The notes beneath the pieces are model-generated. The model saw only the letters and a list, made by a program, of their open reading frames with translations, did no database searches and was not told the origin of the DNA. A DNA stretch of 63,970 nucleotides, filler included, from Dimargaris cristalligena (taxonomy: Eukaryota), in NCBI GenBank assembly GCA_003614675.1. It is 6 parts of 6 records of this genome, joined end to end, with 100 filler letters (N's around TTAATTAATTAA, not from the genome) between each part and the next. Parts side by side here need not be neighbours in the genome. Positions count along the whole stretch, not along the records: positions 1 to 10,887 come from ML003140.1; positions 10,988 to 21,864 come from ML003141.1; 4 more parts are not named here. The stretch is one strand, 5' to 3'. This document shows, one piece after another, positions 1 through 11,324 of this stretch; the stretch's first letter is position 1; the number at the start of each line of letters is the position of its first letter. The translations under genes and the position numbers were made by a program.

Positions 1-267
1 CCCCCTTACTGCCACCTCTTGGAACAGCAAGTCTATCATCACCTTTCCCTTTTATCACCTATCTTTTCAAATAAAGTTCAGTTTTCAAGGATTTGATTTC
101 AGTTCTTTATACCCCTTATATATCCCTACTACTTATCCTTTATTTAGTTAGTACTGTACCCTATATCTAATACTAGTAGCCCACTTGGCAGAGCCTAAGC
201 CCTTCTTACCATTAGAAGCTTATCCTTGGGACTCTTAATGGGCTAAGAGTGGTTAACCCTGGTGATA
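1..267 (+). mobile_element. Partial LTR, variant subfamily: shared 3' end plus a distinct upstream segment
   Basis: About 113-267 matches the 3' part of the 20746-21304 LTR (tactagtagccc...agaagc...gactctt...ctaagagtggttaacc). 1-112 is roughly 90% identical by eye to the reverse complement of 54661-54761. Confidence 0.75.
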
Positions 268-333
268 ATTATTAAAAGGAAAATAATTTTAAGACTATTA
301 ATAGCTAACTTTAATATATTAAGTTAATAGGTG

Positions 334-921
334 TATTGCCCAGGTTATCTACTCTTAGTCTATTAAGAGTCCTGGGGATAAGCTTCTAACAGTAGGTGGG
401 GCTTAGGCTTAGGCTAAGCAGGCTACTAGTATTAGGTATAGGGTACAGTACTAACTAATAAAGGTCTAGGCAATTAGATTAATGCAAGAGATATGCAGTA
501 GATACACTTACTGGTCAGTATAAGAGGGATAAGTATACATAGAGTTTATTGGGTAAACTAAGGGGTAATAATAAGCTGAGGAATCTAACTGGTCCCAAGA
601 GGGCCTAGTTATATATACACAGGGATAACTCACAAGAAGAGGCCCTAAGGGAAAGTACTACTAGACTAAGGTATAGGTAAATAGACATCCAGGATGGCTT
701 CATATCAGGAAGACTCTCATGGAAACTGGAAGAGTCTTTAGATCAACACAAGGAGTGAGTAATGCAAAGGGGCAGAGTCCAGAAGGTGGGGGAGGGTTAT
801 ATGATAAATGAGGATCCTATAGTACAGGGGGTGACCATGGGATAGTGGATATGGTATAATAAGGCCTAATATGGGTGGGCAATCACCAGGTCCTGATTAA
901 GTCAGATTAGGAGAGCTGGCA
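334..921 (-). mobile_element. Solo LTR, degenerate and transition-mutated
   Basis: Colinear over its whole length with the copies at 5615-6196 and 6206-6786. Ends are tattgcccagg and gagctggca (consensus tgttgccc...gggtgaca). No CpG seen. Confidence 0.85.
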
Positions 922-3900
922 AATAGTATAAAAATGGTAATATAATGTGGTTAATTATTATGAGTTAAAATCCTCCATTGATTTCAATTGTCTATAACAT
1001 TATTAATAATGACCAGAAATATAAACAGAAATGATAAATTGGAAAGCTGAAAGAAAATAAGAATTAGCTCATAAAACAAACTCACACTTCTAGCCCCAAG
1101 CTGTTCCCATAGAATCAACTCATTCATCATCTGTGGACCTTGAATTCACCTAAAGTATGACTACTTCTTGGATTAGCAACTACCATCAGTGCTTGCATGG
1201 CCTTGGTCTAACTACCTATGGCAGTACAACTATTAGCACCTAGTATTTTTGGAGTTGCTCCCATCAAGTGGTGCAGTTTTGGGATAGGTCCAGCAGAAGA
1301 GAGGGGGTGTAGTGGTATTCTATCTAGTATGCTTTTGGTAATGAATGCCTTGGAAGGCAGGTTGATGTAATGGTAGACTGGGGTCATTATTCATCTATGA
1401 CTGGGATTTCTAGTTGACTGGCCCCTGGTTATTGTGTTCCCAAAACATGCTATAATCAAACAAGGGTGGTAGCATGTTAGTCTCTGTAGGACTGTGGTTA
1501 GTCATCAGTATAGATGTAACACTACCATCTCCAGGAAAAGCAGAACCAAGGGACTCATGAATCAGAAGCAACAGATCCTAAAAATGAGGAGTCACCCTGG
1601 AGTATTGTGCAACTGAGGAGAATCCCCCCCCCACAGTGTTCTCCCCCAGGGTGGCGACCCACCAATTTACAGAGGGGTTCACCCAACCTCCCTAATGGAA
1701 GAGGATGGCCTTACCCCAAAGACACAAGAGCAACACCTCATCTCAGAAGAATAATGTATATCACCCAAATGGCAAACTATGGTCCTGTGTCTTTGAATAA
1801 GATATTTGTGATATTATTTCTCTATATCATCTGATTGAGTTATTCATTTAGTTACCTACCCCACTCGGTCTCCTATTTATTTCAAACAGTTCTCTAGCCC
1901 AACTCAACCTATTTGGCTGCATGATGATAGGGTCTACAATAAGTAATACATATAATTAGAGATAATTATGAGTAAAAAGGGAGCGTCCTTAATTCATGTA
2001 GGGGAGCGGGGGATGAGATATAAGTGAATTCATATGGCCATACATTTGTGCTGTTAGTATACTAGCTCCTAATCGACCGGGTACTATCTCGGCTATATGT
2101 ATAAGGTTGGGTTGTTACAGTGTAGTCCTGAGTGGTGAATCGTCCCCTTGGTTCCCTTTTAATCTAGTGTTCCGATTGGCTGTAGAGCTACCATTCAGGG
2201 AATGGCCACTGCATAAAGAACCCCTGTTCATCCTCCTCAATGTTAAACTCAAACTACAAAAAAATGAATAAAAAAAAAAGACCGAGGACGCAAGGGAACA
2301 ACCAATCAGCCTATTGGGTGCGGTGATGTTGGCCTTCATCCGTCGTTGCCTTTGGCTACTTTAGGATGGTTGGAAGTTACCGACCTCCAACCGAGAAGTC
2401 CCAATGACTATTTCGGTACAGTTGCCCAATGGTTTCCCTTTTGACTCTTCCCTATTATTTTATAGTGGTGGTCGAGGCTTCTTGTGGGGGGACAAATGGC
2501 CCCTCTTTGGCTATACCTACCTATAGCGGACCTTTGCAACTATGTGGGTTTACAGCGCTTTTAGTATTCCCCCCCATAACCACCCAGCTAGCCATTTGCA
2601 AGGCACCATTGCCTTTACCGCCAAGTAGCCAAGCGGATTATTACAGTGGTTATCCCTTTTTGACTGCCGCAGATACTGCCCTAAACTTCGGATACTCCCC
2701 ATTAACCACCACGTATGGTCAGAAACATCCATATTACACAAAGTACGGGATAGTATAATCAGAGATATGGAATCAGTGGGATGCAGGGAATGAATTTCTA
2801 ACAGTTGGTAAGTGGTGAGAGGTATTAATATAAAGGACTTCACTTCAACGCAAGTCGCTAAAGGGTAGCATGTATAAAAAGAGTCACACATAAATGTTAG
2901 AAATGTGCCACCTATTCCAAGGGGAACCAAATAGTAATAGTTACACGGGCCTGAGATAATCGGAAGAATTGGCTAAGTAGGCTATCGATACGGGAGGCAG
3001 GTACCCTAATGAGTTACCCTAGATGGGATACTGACTCTAGCCATTGGGAACTTGGTTGAATATCGGGGGGTGTATATTAATCACATCTCCCTTAGCTATG
3101 AGACATCTGGGAAGTCATCACTTAGTAATTCACTGCCCTGGTCTATGACCTAGTTGATAGACCAAATACCCTAGCCTGTCCAGTGTGGTCCCCATATGTG
3201 GCAGCTATTTTTAATAGTTAAATACTAAACGTATACCCTTCAGTTAGCATCACCCGGTCAGTAGCTTCCACCATGTGCATTGGAGCTCATCCACCGTAAT
3301 GTGTAATGTAAGAGATGCTTCTCTATCACTGTCCTATTTTGCTTTGCCTCCGAAGTTGGGCTGGTTACATATAATAATTGGCATACTATGTTACTGGCAT
3401 CCAGTGTTGAGAACCAATTATATAGTCCTCCTCCAACCCCCTTTTTTCTATTTACAATGGGTATCTTGGGGTTTTGACATTCACCCATCTAGTTTCATTA
3501 ACCACACCCGCACAGGCATGGGGCGAGGACGACAGAGGCTATTCCACAGAACCCAAAAAATGATTTTACAGCCAATAATTCAAACGAGTCTGCCATAAAT
3601 AGACTGGAGTGGCTGATATTAAGATTTCTCGAATTCCATGTCATACACCACAGTAATACAATATCATAATATTCTCTTGAGAGGTCATAGTGGTATCTGG
3701 GCCCTTTAAAGGAGAGATGTGGTTGTGAAACGGAGTAATCTTAGCAGCGATGGAAAGTGTTTTGGGTGGATGCATAGGTCCACAAGGCAAGCAGCACATA
3801 CTCTTGCAACAGCCGTATCACCCACCAGCAACTGCGGCTTAGTGGTACAGCCTTCTGGGAATTAAGGGAGGAAAGGGGGGTTGGTGAAATCCGCCACAGG

Positions 3901-4407
3901 ACCTCAAGAATAGGGGTGGGATGAAACCCATTTACATGGCGATGGTGATATTCTTGTAAGACCGCCACCGAACTCTAATAGGCAACTGAGCACACCATGT
4001 ACCCCCATATAAATCCATATGAGGACACTGCAATTTTTTAGTACAACCGGCCTATGCTTAACAGTAGATCCGGAGGCAAAGAGACTGCAGCGTAATGTGC
4101 CTTGGGAACTATCCAAGCTCATTAAAAAACACCAGTCGAATGAGTGGATTTCTCTTTTTAAACTGTATAAATAGACTCAGTTTCGCCTCCATATTCAACC
4201 GCCATCCACTTCACCATCCACTACACTTGGTATATACTTTGGCCAGTTTCACTGCCGGTAAATTCTCCATTACACTAGCTCTTTATATCCAACGACTCCA
4301 CCAGACTATTCCTTCTTTTGTACATATATAGTTTCTTGACAGGAATCCCCGCCTGCCTGACTTTACTGGCTCTAGTTTTTCGCCCACCACTGTCTATCTT
4401 CAACAAA

Positions 4408-4878
4408 ATGCGTCCCTTTGGAGTGACATACCTGCTCATCCTAAGTGCACTCAACTTCAGCCACGCCTCCGAGCAGAATAACCAAGACGCTGGCCTCAAT
4501 AATTTCATCGATGCTAGCAGTCCTGATATTATTGATGAGGACTCGGCTATGCATCTAATCCATGGGCCCTTGTTCCGGGACGCGACATGGCAAGACATTG
4601 CCAAGTATATTGGCCAAATTGATCATAATAAGCTGGCCTCGTACATCAACTTACACGAACACTTCATGGGTGACCAGGATATTAGACAAGCCGATAGCAA
4701 TATACAGGACACATCCCTCGACCATATCATTGGAAATCATGACGAATTAGCCAGCGCGCACCACCGGATGGAGGCCAGTCGTTCTGGCTCGGTAAATGGT
4801 ATCCGCCCACCCCTCCAGATGCCTCTACCTTATCCTCCTAAACTGTCGTCCCAGAACCCTATCGTAGGGCAAGCATAG
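4408..4878 (+). CDS. Orphan secreted protein, probably truncated or pseudogenised
   Basis: ATG at 4408 gives signal-peptide-like MRPFGVTYLLILSALNFSHA. The frame continues past the TAG at 4876-4878 (EGIPQSIYEQPKVYH*) before meeting an opposite-strand repeat. Confidence 0.55.
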   Translation: MRPFGVTYLLILSALNFSHASEQNNQDAGLNNFIDASSPDIIDEDSAMHLIHGPLFRDATWQDIAKYIGQIDHNKLASYINLHEHFMGDQDIRQADSNIQDTSLDHIIGNHDELASAHHRMEASRSGSVNGIRPPLQMPLPYPPKLSSQNPIVGQA

Positions 4879-4949
4879 GAAGGCATCCCCCAGTCCATCT
4901 ATGAGCAACCGAAGGTCTATCACTAGGTTTGTTGCTGTCTCTTGGGGCG

Positions 4950-5545
4950 GAAGAGACACTGGACATCGGTTTCGAGGGGCCAGCACCTGGATGGAACATG
5001 GGAAACAGTCCTTCGGCCAAACGGATTGGGTCGGAGCTATGTTCTGAGTTGGTGCTGGGATACGGTGGGAATAAATCCTTGGGGATGTAGGCTTCATGTC
5101 CATCGTCAGCGCTAGGCATTGGGTGAGCCACGGTGGCTGCGTGTTAATAAATGGTGTGAAATGAAAAGTAAAGAAAAATAAAGATGGATTTGACTTCCAC
5201 TAGAAGTCATCAGCTGGTGAAGTTAAAATATATATTAATTCTGAATAATAAAAACTTATCTTAAAGATAACTTAATAGTACTAAGAACTGACTACAGGAC
5301 TATAAAACCACAGAGGGGAAAACTAGTCAAGTCTTCAGGATTAAACACTATTCTGAATAACTGAAAGTACTTAGGAATTGGAATTACCTTAGATTTACTG
5401 AAGTATTCATGATAATTAATATAAGGATAAATTAAAAAATGAGAGAATTTGGAAGACTCTATTACTGCATCTCTTCTTCCAATAAATGGACTTTCATACT
5501 CTTACTTATTATCATATAGAACCTTTTTGGATTTCATGAGGATAG
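4950..5545 (-). mobile_element. Repeated retroelement-like leader plus short gag-like ORF fragment
   Basis: Nucleotide and peptide similarity to 43894-44640 (shared PPYPSTxSEHSSDPIRxAEG and aagttatctt...gataagtttttattattcagaat). Lies just downstream of the 3' end of the 5615-6196 LTR. Confidence 0.6.
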
Positions 5546-5614
5546 ATAAGGTATGACTAAGTGAAGTAAAAATGAAATAAAATATAACTAAATTTATTAG
5601 AAAATGTTAGCTAC

Positions 5615-6196
5615 TGTTGACTGGGCTATCCACTCTTAGTCCATCAAGAGTCCTGGGGATAGGCTTCTAATAGTAGGTGGGGCTTAGATTCAACCAAATA
5701 GGCTACTAGCATTAGGTACAGGGTACAGTACTAACTAATAAAGGCTACTAAATATAGGTATAAGTAAGGGATGTGTAGTGGGTATACTTACTGGTTAGTA
5801 CAAGGGGATAAATATATATAGAGTTTATTAGGGTAAACTAGGGGGTAATAATAAGCTGAGGAATCTAACTGGTCCTAATGGGGCCTAGTTGTATATATGC
5901 AGGGATAACTCCAGAGGGAGGTCCCAAGGGAAAGGTAATACTAATTAAGGTATGGATAAATAGGCTAACCAGATAGCACGAGTATCTGGAAGACTCTAAT
6001 GGTAAGTGGAAGACTATTTGGATCAGTACTTGAGTGATTAGTGTAAAGTATTGGGGTCCGGAAGGGGAATAGTTATATGATAAATGATAATCCCATAGTA
6101 CTGGGGGTAACCATGGGAAGGTTAATATGGTGCTATAAGGCCTAATAAGGCTAGACAGTATAGTATTTAGATTAAGGTAGACTAAAAGGGCTGACA
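5615..6196 (-). mobile_element. LTR
   Basis: TGTTG...CTGACA termini, 582 bp, colinear with the other copies. Confidence 0.85.
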
Positions 6197-6205
6197 TATA
6201 TCAAC

Positions 6206-6786
6206 TGTTGCCCAAGTTAACCACTCTTAGTCCATCAAGAGTCTCGGGGATAGGCTTCTAACAGTAGGCAGGCCTTAGACTCAGCCAAGCAGGCTACTAG
6301 TATTAGGTGAACCACAGTACTAACCAAATAAAGTAAGTATGGTCAACTAGGCAAGGGACATGCAGTAGTGTACACTTACTGGTCAGTACACAGGGAGTGA
6401 GTGTATATAGAGTTTATTGAGTAAACTATGGGGGGTAAGAATAAGCTAAGGAATCGAACTGGTCCCAAGAGGCCCAGTTATATATATGCAGGGATAACTC
6501 ACAAGGAGAGGCCTCAAGGTAAGAAGCTACTAACTAAGGTATCAATAAAATAGGTGTCCGGGTGGCTTCATATTGGGAAGACTCTTATGGGAACTGGAAG
6601 AGTCTTCATATTACTGTAAGGAGTAAGTGGTGAGAAGAACCAGGGCCAGGAGGCTGGGGGTTATATCATAAATGAGGGTCCTATAGTACCGGAGGTGACC
6701 ATGGGATAGTGGCTATGGTGCAATATAGCCTAATATGGGTAGGGCAATCATCGGGTCCTGATTAAGTCAGATTAGGGGGGCTGATA
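6206..6786 (-). mobile_element. Solo LTR, tandem to the previous copy
   Basis: Begins tgttgcccaagttaaccactcttag and ends gggctgata. Starts 9 bp after the previous copy. Confidence 0.85.
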
Positions 6787-6855
6787 TTAACCCTTATAAC
6801 TAATTTCAATTAATATGATGAATTACTTGAGAATATTTCTATACCTTTTGGGAAG

Positions 6856-7428
6856 TATTAGCCCATCTAATCTACCTTAAACTAATTAGTTAAACTCCTA
6901 ACTATATTAGGCCCTATCATACTATATCAGCTCTCCCATGGCCATACCTAATACCATTAGATTATCCTTTATTATATATAACCTTTCCCCTACCTAGACT
7001 CTATCACTTTATACTAATCACATATACACTAATCTAAAGTCTCTTCCAGCTACTATTAGAGTCTTCCAGATACTAGTAGCCATCTAACCAGCCTATTTAC
7101 CTATTTATTAGTCTTAGTAGTATTCTCTCTTGGGACCTCCCTCTGTAGTCATCTATATATATATATAATTAGGCCCTATTAGGACTAGTTAGATGTCTTA
7201 GCTTATTCTTACCCCTTATTTATCTAATAACCCCTATATATACTCATTCCCTTTATACTAATTAGTAAGTATACTCCTTATATATCCCTTATATATCCCT
7301 ATTTCTAAGCCTTTATTTATTAGTATACCCTACCTATACCTAATACTAGTAACTACTTCACTAAGCCTACTGTTAGAAGCCTATCCTCAGGACTCTTAAT
7401 GGACTAAGAGTAGTGAACCCAGGTAATA
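6856..7428 (+). mobile_element. Solo LTR, heavily hypermutated
   Basis: Termini TATTAGCCC...GGTAATA correspond to TGTCAGCCC...GGCAACA with transitions. Zero CpG and very TpA-rich. Inverted relative to 6206-6786. Confidence 0.8.
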
Positions 7429-7603
7429 CTGAAAGCCATTAGCTTTAATTGGCTTTACTTAATACAACACCACTTACTTTAATATAATAATTTAAAATAC
7501 TCTATAGTAAAGTACCCGTAGATTCAACTATAGCCTTATAAACCTGGGCCTAATGACCTTACATTTAATATAAGTAACAATGCAAATTATTTAAATGTAG
7601 ATC

Positions 7604-9927
7604 TCAAGGCAGCTCCACTATGACAGGTTTATATTCATCGTCATCATCCTCATCGGCATCACCACCTTGATAGGAATATTCATTGTTGGCATTTGATACC
7701 TCATTATTAGGGCCCCCCTTATTAGTCGCCTGAGTTAACGGGAGACCTTCACCAAAGCGCCTTTGTAAGAACTCACTGAAGCGGACGAGTTTGGCCATTA
7801 AAAGCGGGGTCGGGTCAGTCACCTGGAGCCTGGTGATGTTGCGAGTGAGTGTCTATTCATTATTTCATTCCGAATCCCACAGCAGGGAATGAATAAATAA
7901 AGGTTGGAGACATTGTCACCAATGGATGGAAAGTAAGGAATAGAATAATCATGTTAGTATCACTTGGTTGATTTTGCCATATACATGGAAAGATGAGTGG
8001 TGTGACCGCACGGGATTCATAAATCTGGGGAAGAGACGACCCAGTACTATATATATATAGATAGATTGGCAAGACCGCCCCAATTTTACGAAATTTTGGA
8101 ATTAGCTTACCTTCAATAGTTGGAATACAAAGTTGTCCACCATAATGACATCAGTAAAGAAGTCTTCAGGGCATTCATTGAGTTGGTGTTGTAGAGCATC
8201 TGCATCCCCATCAGTACCAACACGAGGATCCCCCATAAATAGACGGATATATAAACGAATATGTAAAGTTAATTAAAGGTGGATAATTTTAAATCTGGTT
8301 AGAAAATGGCGAATATACATAGCCCACGTTACACTTTGCAGGTATGTTAGCGGTTGGGAATTAAGAAGGTAAGAGTAATATCCACAGGTGAACCTCGGAA
8401 CCACGGATCAACCCAAGGCTGTATAAGTGAGATCCTAAACCTACCTATAAAATTAGGATACAGGTCACTAGAGTACTTAGCAATAGCTTCCGAGGATAAG
8501 CAGAGAAGATGAATCAGGGCCTTCCACTGTTCGAATCCGGCGTAGTTTTGCCCCATGAGTAAACAGATAAATCCAAGCTGTAATTCCCCTAGAGGCTGTC
8601 GGTAATCTATATATGAGACCGCCAATTATTATAGAACAAGCAAAAGCAGAGGCGATGGAGATGGAGGTGTAAGTATCACTAGGTATTCATTGAACAGGGC
8701 CAGCCTGTATTCGGGGGAAGGGGATGGGCTAGTGATACAAGAGACTCATAGGTAGCTTACCGTTGGACCAGGCCGTATTTAGCAAATGACTTAGTAGCCA
8801 ACTCTTGTCCAGACTGTAGCGCGTTCGCTCTTCGCCTTGACTCTCGGGTGGAAAAGACCTTTTCAGGTCGATCATGGTAAATGGAATTCCTGAGGCATCG
8901 CGAATGGCGCCTTCGTCATAGGGACCCCCATCACTACCGGAAATCACCCGATCCCTGGGGAGCACCCGGGTCAGTAGGGCCGGTGAAACATAGCCCGAGA
9001 GCTTGAGCCAGGTTTGGTAGGAGTGGGGAGGATCAAGGGGGTATGCCCCTAGGCGGGGATCGAATGACCGGATATCTAAGTGGAGGTGACAGACAATAGT
9101 GGTTGGTGGGGATAGGGGGGAGGGTGATTGGAATATTCGTAATGTTTAAACATCAACCAACAGTGACGCCTGAGTTGGCTATACCAGTATATCGAGGTTA
9201 TAAGTAGCCTGCGTTGTGAGAACAGCAGAGTGAAGTGTACATTCTAACGGGTGCTTACCGTCGGCATAGCGGCGGCGTTGGTCGTTATCGAGGTGGGACT
9301 CGGGAAACAGCTGTTCGTTGACGGGGTCCCAAACCCTGACCATAACCTGAGGGGCAAAGGGTGTGTGTGAGTGGATGATTTCAGACATATATAAAATAGA
9401 GCGGCGGCGGGTCAGATCCTATAGCTCCATCGTTTATATATATATATATATATATATATGCATATGCATCTACTCCGTTGACCTGGTATACTTTAATGAA
9501 TCGTAAATATCTATTGGATGATAGTAGTGAAAGGTCTGAAATTGCCATCCCAAGCAGGTACTTACCTCGCCGGCCCGGAAATTATGAAAAAAGCCAGCCC
9601 GTGACTCGGTCGTGTGGGGTTGTCCCGAGCTGAATCGGATTAGAAGAGGAAGCAATGGGTATGTACATATAAAGAGCTGAGCCGCATTAGTATGAGATAG
9701 CAGTCATGGTGGGACAATTCCAGCGGGAATAATATATGCTTATGCACCCCTTTTACTTACTTGTAGTAAACGAAATGGACGCCGGGGGGGATCAGTTTAA
9801 CGCCCTGGAAGCGCGGGCCAGTGGTCCACATGTGAACGTCGATGCCAAACTCGAGGTCTTTGGGGGCCTCAAGAATGAGGACAATGCCACCCTTGTCGAA
9901 CAGAAGGTTGGCGGTCTGCTGATCCAT
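7604..9927 (-). CDS. AAR2: AAR2, U5 snRNP assembly factor (about 7 exons)
   Basis: Family motifs across exons: EFGIDVHMWTTGPRFQGVKLIPPGVHFVYY, RAGFFHNF, LGAYP, RTRYSLDKSWLL, LGELQLGFICLLMGQNYAGFEQWK, QQLNECPEDFF, C-terminal DDDDEYKPVIVEL. GT-AG introns; approximate exons 9927-9761, 9630-9565, 9347-9259, 9076-8762, 8608-8444, 8199-8111, 7821-7604. Confidence 0.93.
9436..9459. repeat. (TA)n microsatellite in an AAR2 intron
   Basis: Direct reading. Confidence 0.9.
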
Positions 9928-10833
9928 GAGGTCGAGGTGGCGGTGGCTATTTGGAGCGAACTGAAGAACTAGGGGGGGACAAAGCGGGTGAAGTAGAGAT
10001 GGCAATAGAAAGCCTACTGGAGTGTCAACTGGGTCGAGTGGCTGCTCTACTTTACCAACCCGGCTAACTAAGTTAGTCACCCCAAGCGCCCAGTGCTGTT
10101 TTAAGTAATAGGCAAGAGCAAGGTGGTTGGGCTCTACATTCCAATGGTGCACCCCATTTGCAACCAGGTCCAATTGGCCACACTTTAGATCATCAATTGG
10201 CAGCTCTTTGTACTCTCAGCAGAATTCCCCTTATCGGAACAGTCTTTGATCTCCCCCCCCCGCGCTAGCTCGTTAACTTATCATGGTTATCCGCCTAACG
10301 GGTAGTCTGGCGCACCTCGATGGACGACTCGGCGGTTCCAAGAAGATTGGAAATACACCACAGTACAGTGGATCAGTAGACGGGCTGCCACTCCATTTCT
10401 CTTACCTCCCCTATTATACGGTGCACAGTTGGAATGCACTGCTTCGATTGGGCCAGTCTATCCAGGTCAGGGGTAGCCATGGCCAAGTGGGAAAGAATCG
10501 GAGAGAATTAGCGAGACGCGCATATGCGTGGAATGGTATATAGGAGAGAGTGTGCTAAACGGCATTTGGTGAAGGAAGCCTTCTCCCCCTTAGCTGCGCA
10601 TTCCCGCCACTATACGCGTTGTTGCGGCCATCAACACAACGCGTCCGCTATAGAGCCACCCATACCACCCTGTCGGAATACAAGGAGGGAAGGCCTCCTG
10701 CGCCATCCAAATGCTCCCCCCCCATCTCTCCTGTGTCCCCTATCTCCCTTTTTATAGCCTAAGCTCGGCCGCCTCTCTGGGTAACAGGCACTTCGACCCT
10801 CCCTCTTCCGTTGTCGCTCGCATTATAACCTTC

Positions 10834-10836
<3 letters not shown>

Positions 10837-10887
<51 letters not shown>
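10837..10887. repeat. (CT)n microsatellite at a contig end
   Basis: About 25 CT units running into the gap. Confidence 0.95.
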
Positions 10888-10987
10888 NNNNNNNNNNNNN
10901 NNNNNNNNNNNNNNNNNNNNNNNNNNNNNNNTTAATTAATTAANNNNNNNNNNNNNNNNNNNNNNNNNNNNNNNNNNNNNNNNNNNN
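10888..10987. other. Artificial contig-joining spacer (N44-TTAATTAATTAA-N44)
   Basis: The same 100-nt spacer occurs five times; the 12-mer places stop codons in all six frames. Confidence 0.97.
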
Positions 10988-11324
10988 GGTAAGAATAAGC
11001 TAAGGTGCTAACCGGTCCCAAAGGGGAGCCCGGTTATATATATGCTGAGGATGCCTCCAAAGGGGAGGTCCTGAAGGGGGAACTACATAATGGCTAACAA
11101 TAAGGTGGACCGGCTGGCCCTCAGTTGAGTGGGGCTTCCATGGGAATTGGAAGGCACTAAGATCACCTATGAGTGATTAGTGCGAACTCCGGGAGGCCTG
11201 GCCGGTTAAGGGGATATTAATGATGCTCGGCCTTGTTAGGGCCGGGGGGTACAATATGGTGCTATACAGCCTGATATGATGGCGGTCATATCGGTTGGAT
11301 TAGGATGGATTAGGAGGGGCGATA
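10988..11324 (-). mobile_element. Partial LTR cut by the contig start
   Basis: Reverse complement of roughly the first 340 bp of the 20746-21304 LTR; ends gattaggaggggcgata. Retains CpGs. Confidence 0.85.

Noticed and set aside
10932-10943. TTAATTAATTAA palindrome recurring at ~10.9-kb intervals
   Set aside because: Synthetic six-frame-stop linker embedded in Ns; not biological periodicity or CRISPR.
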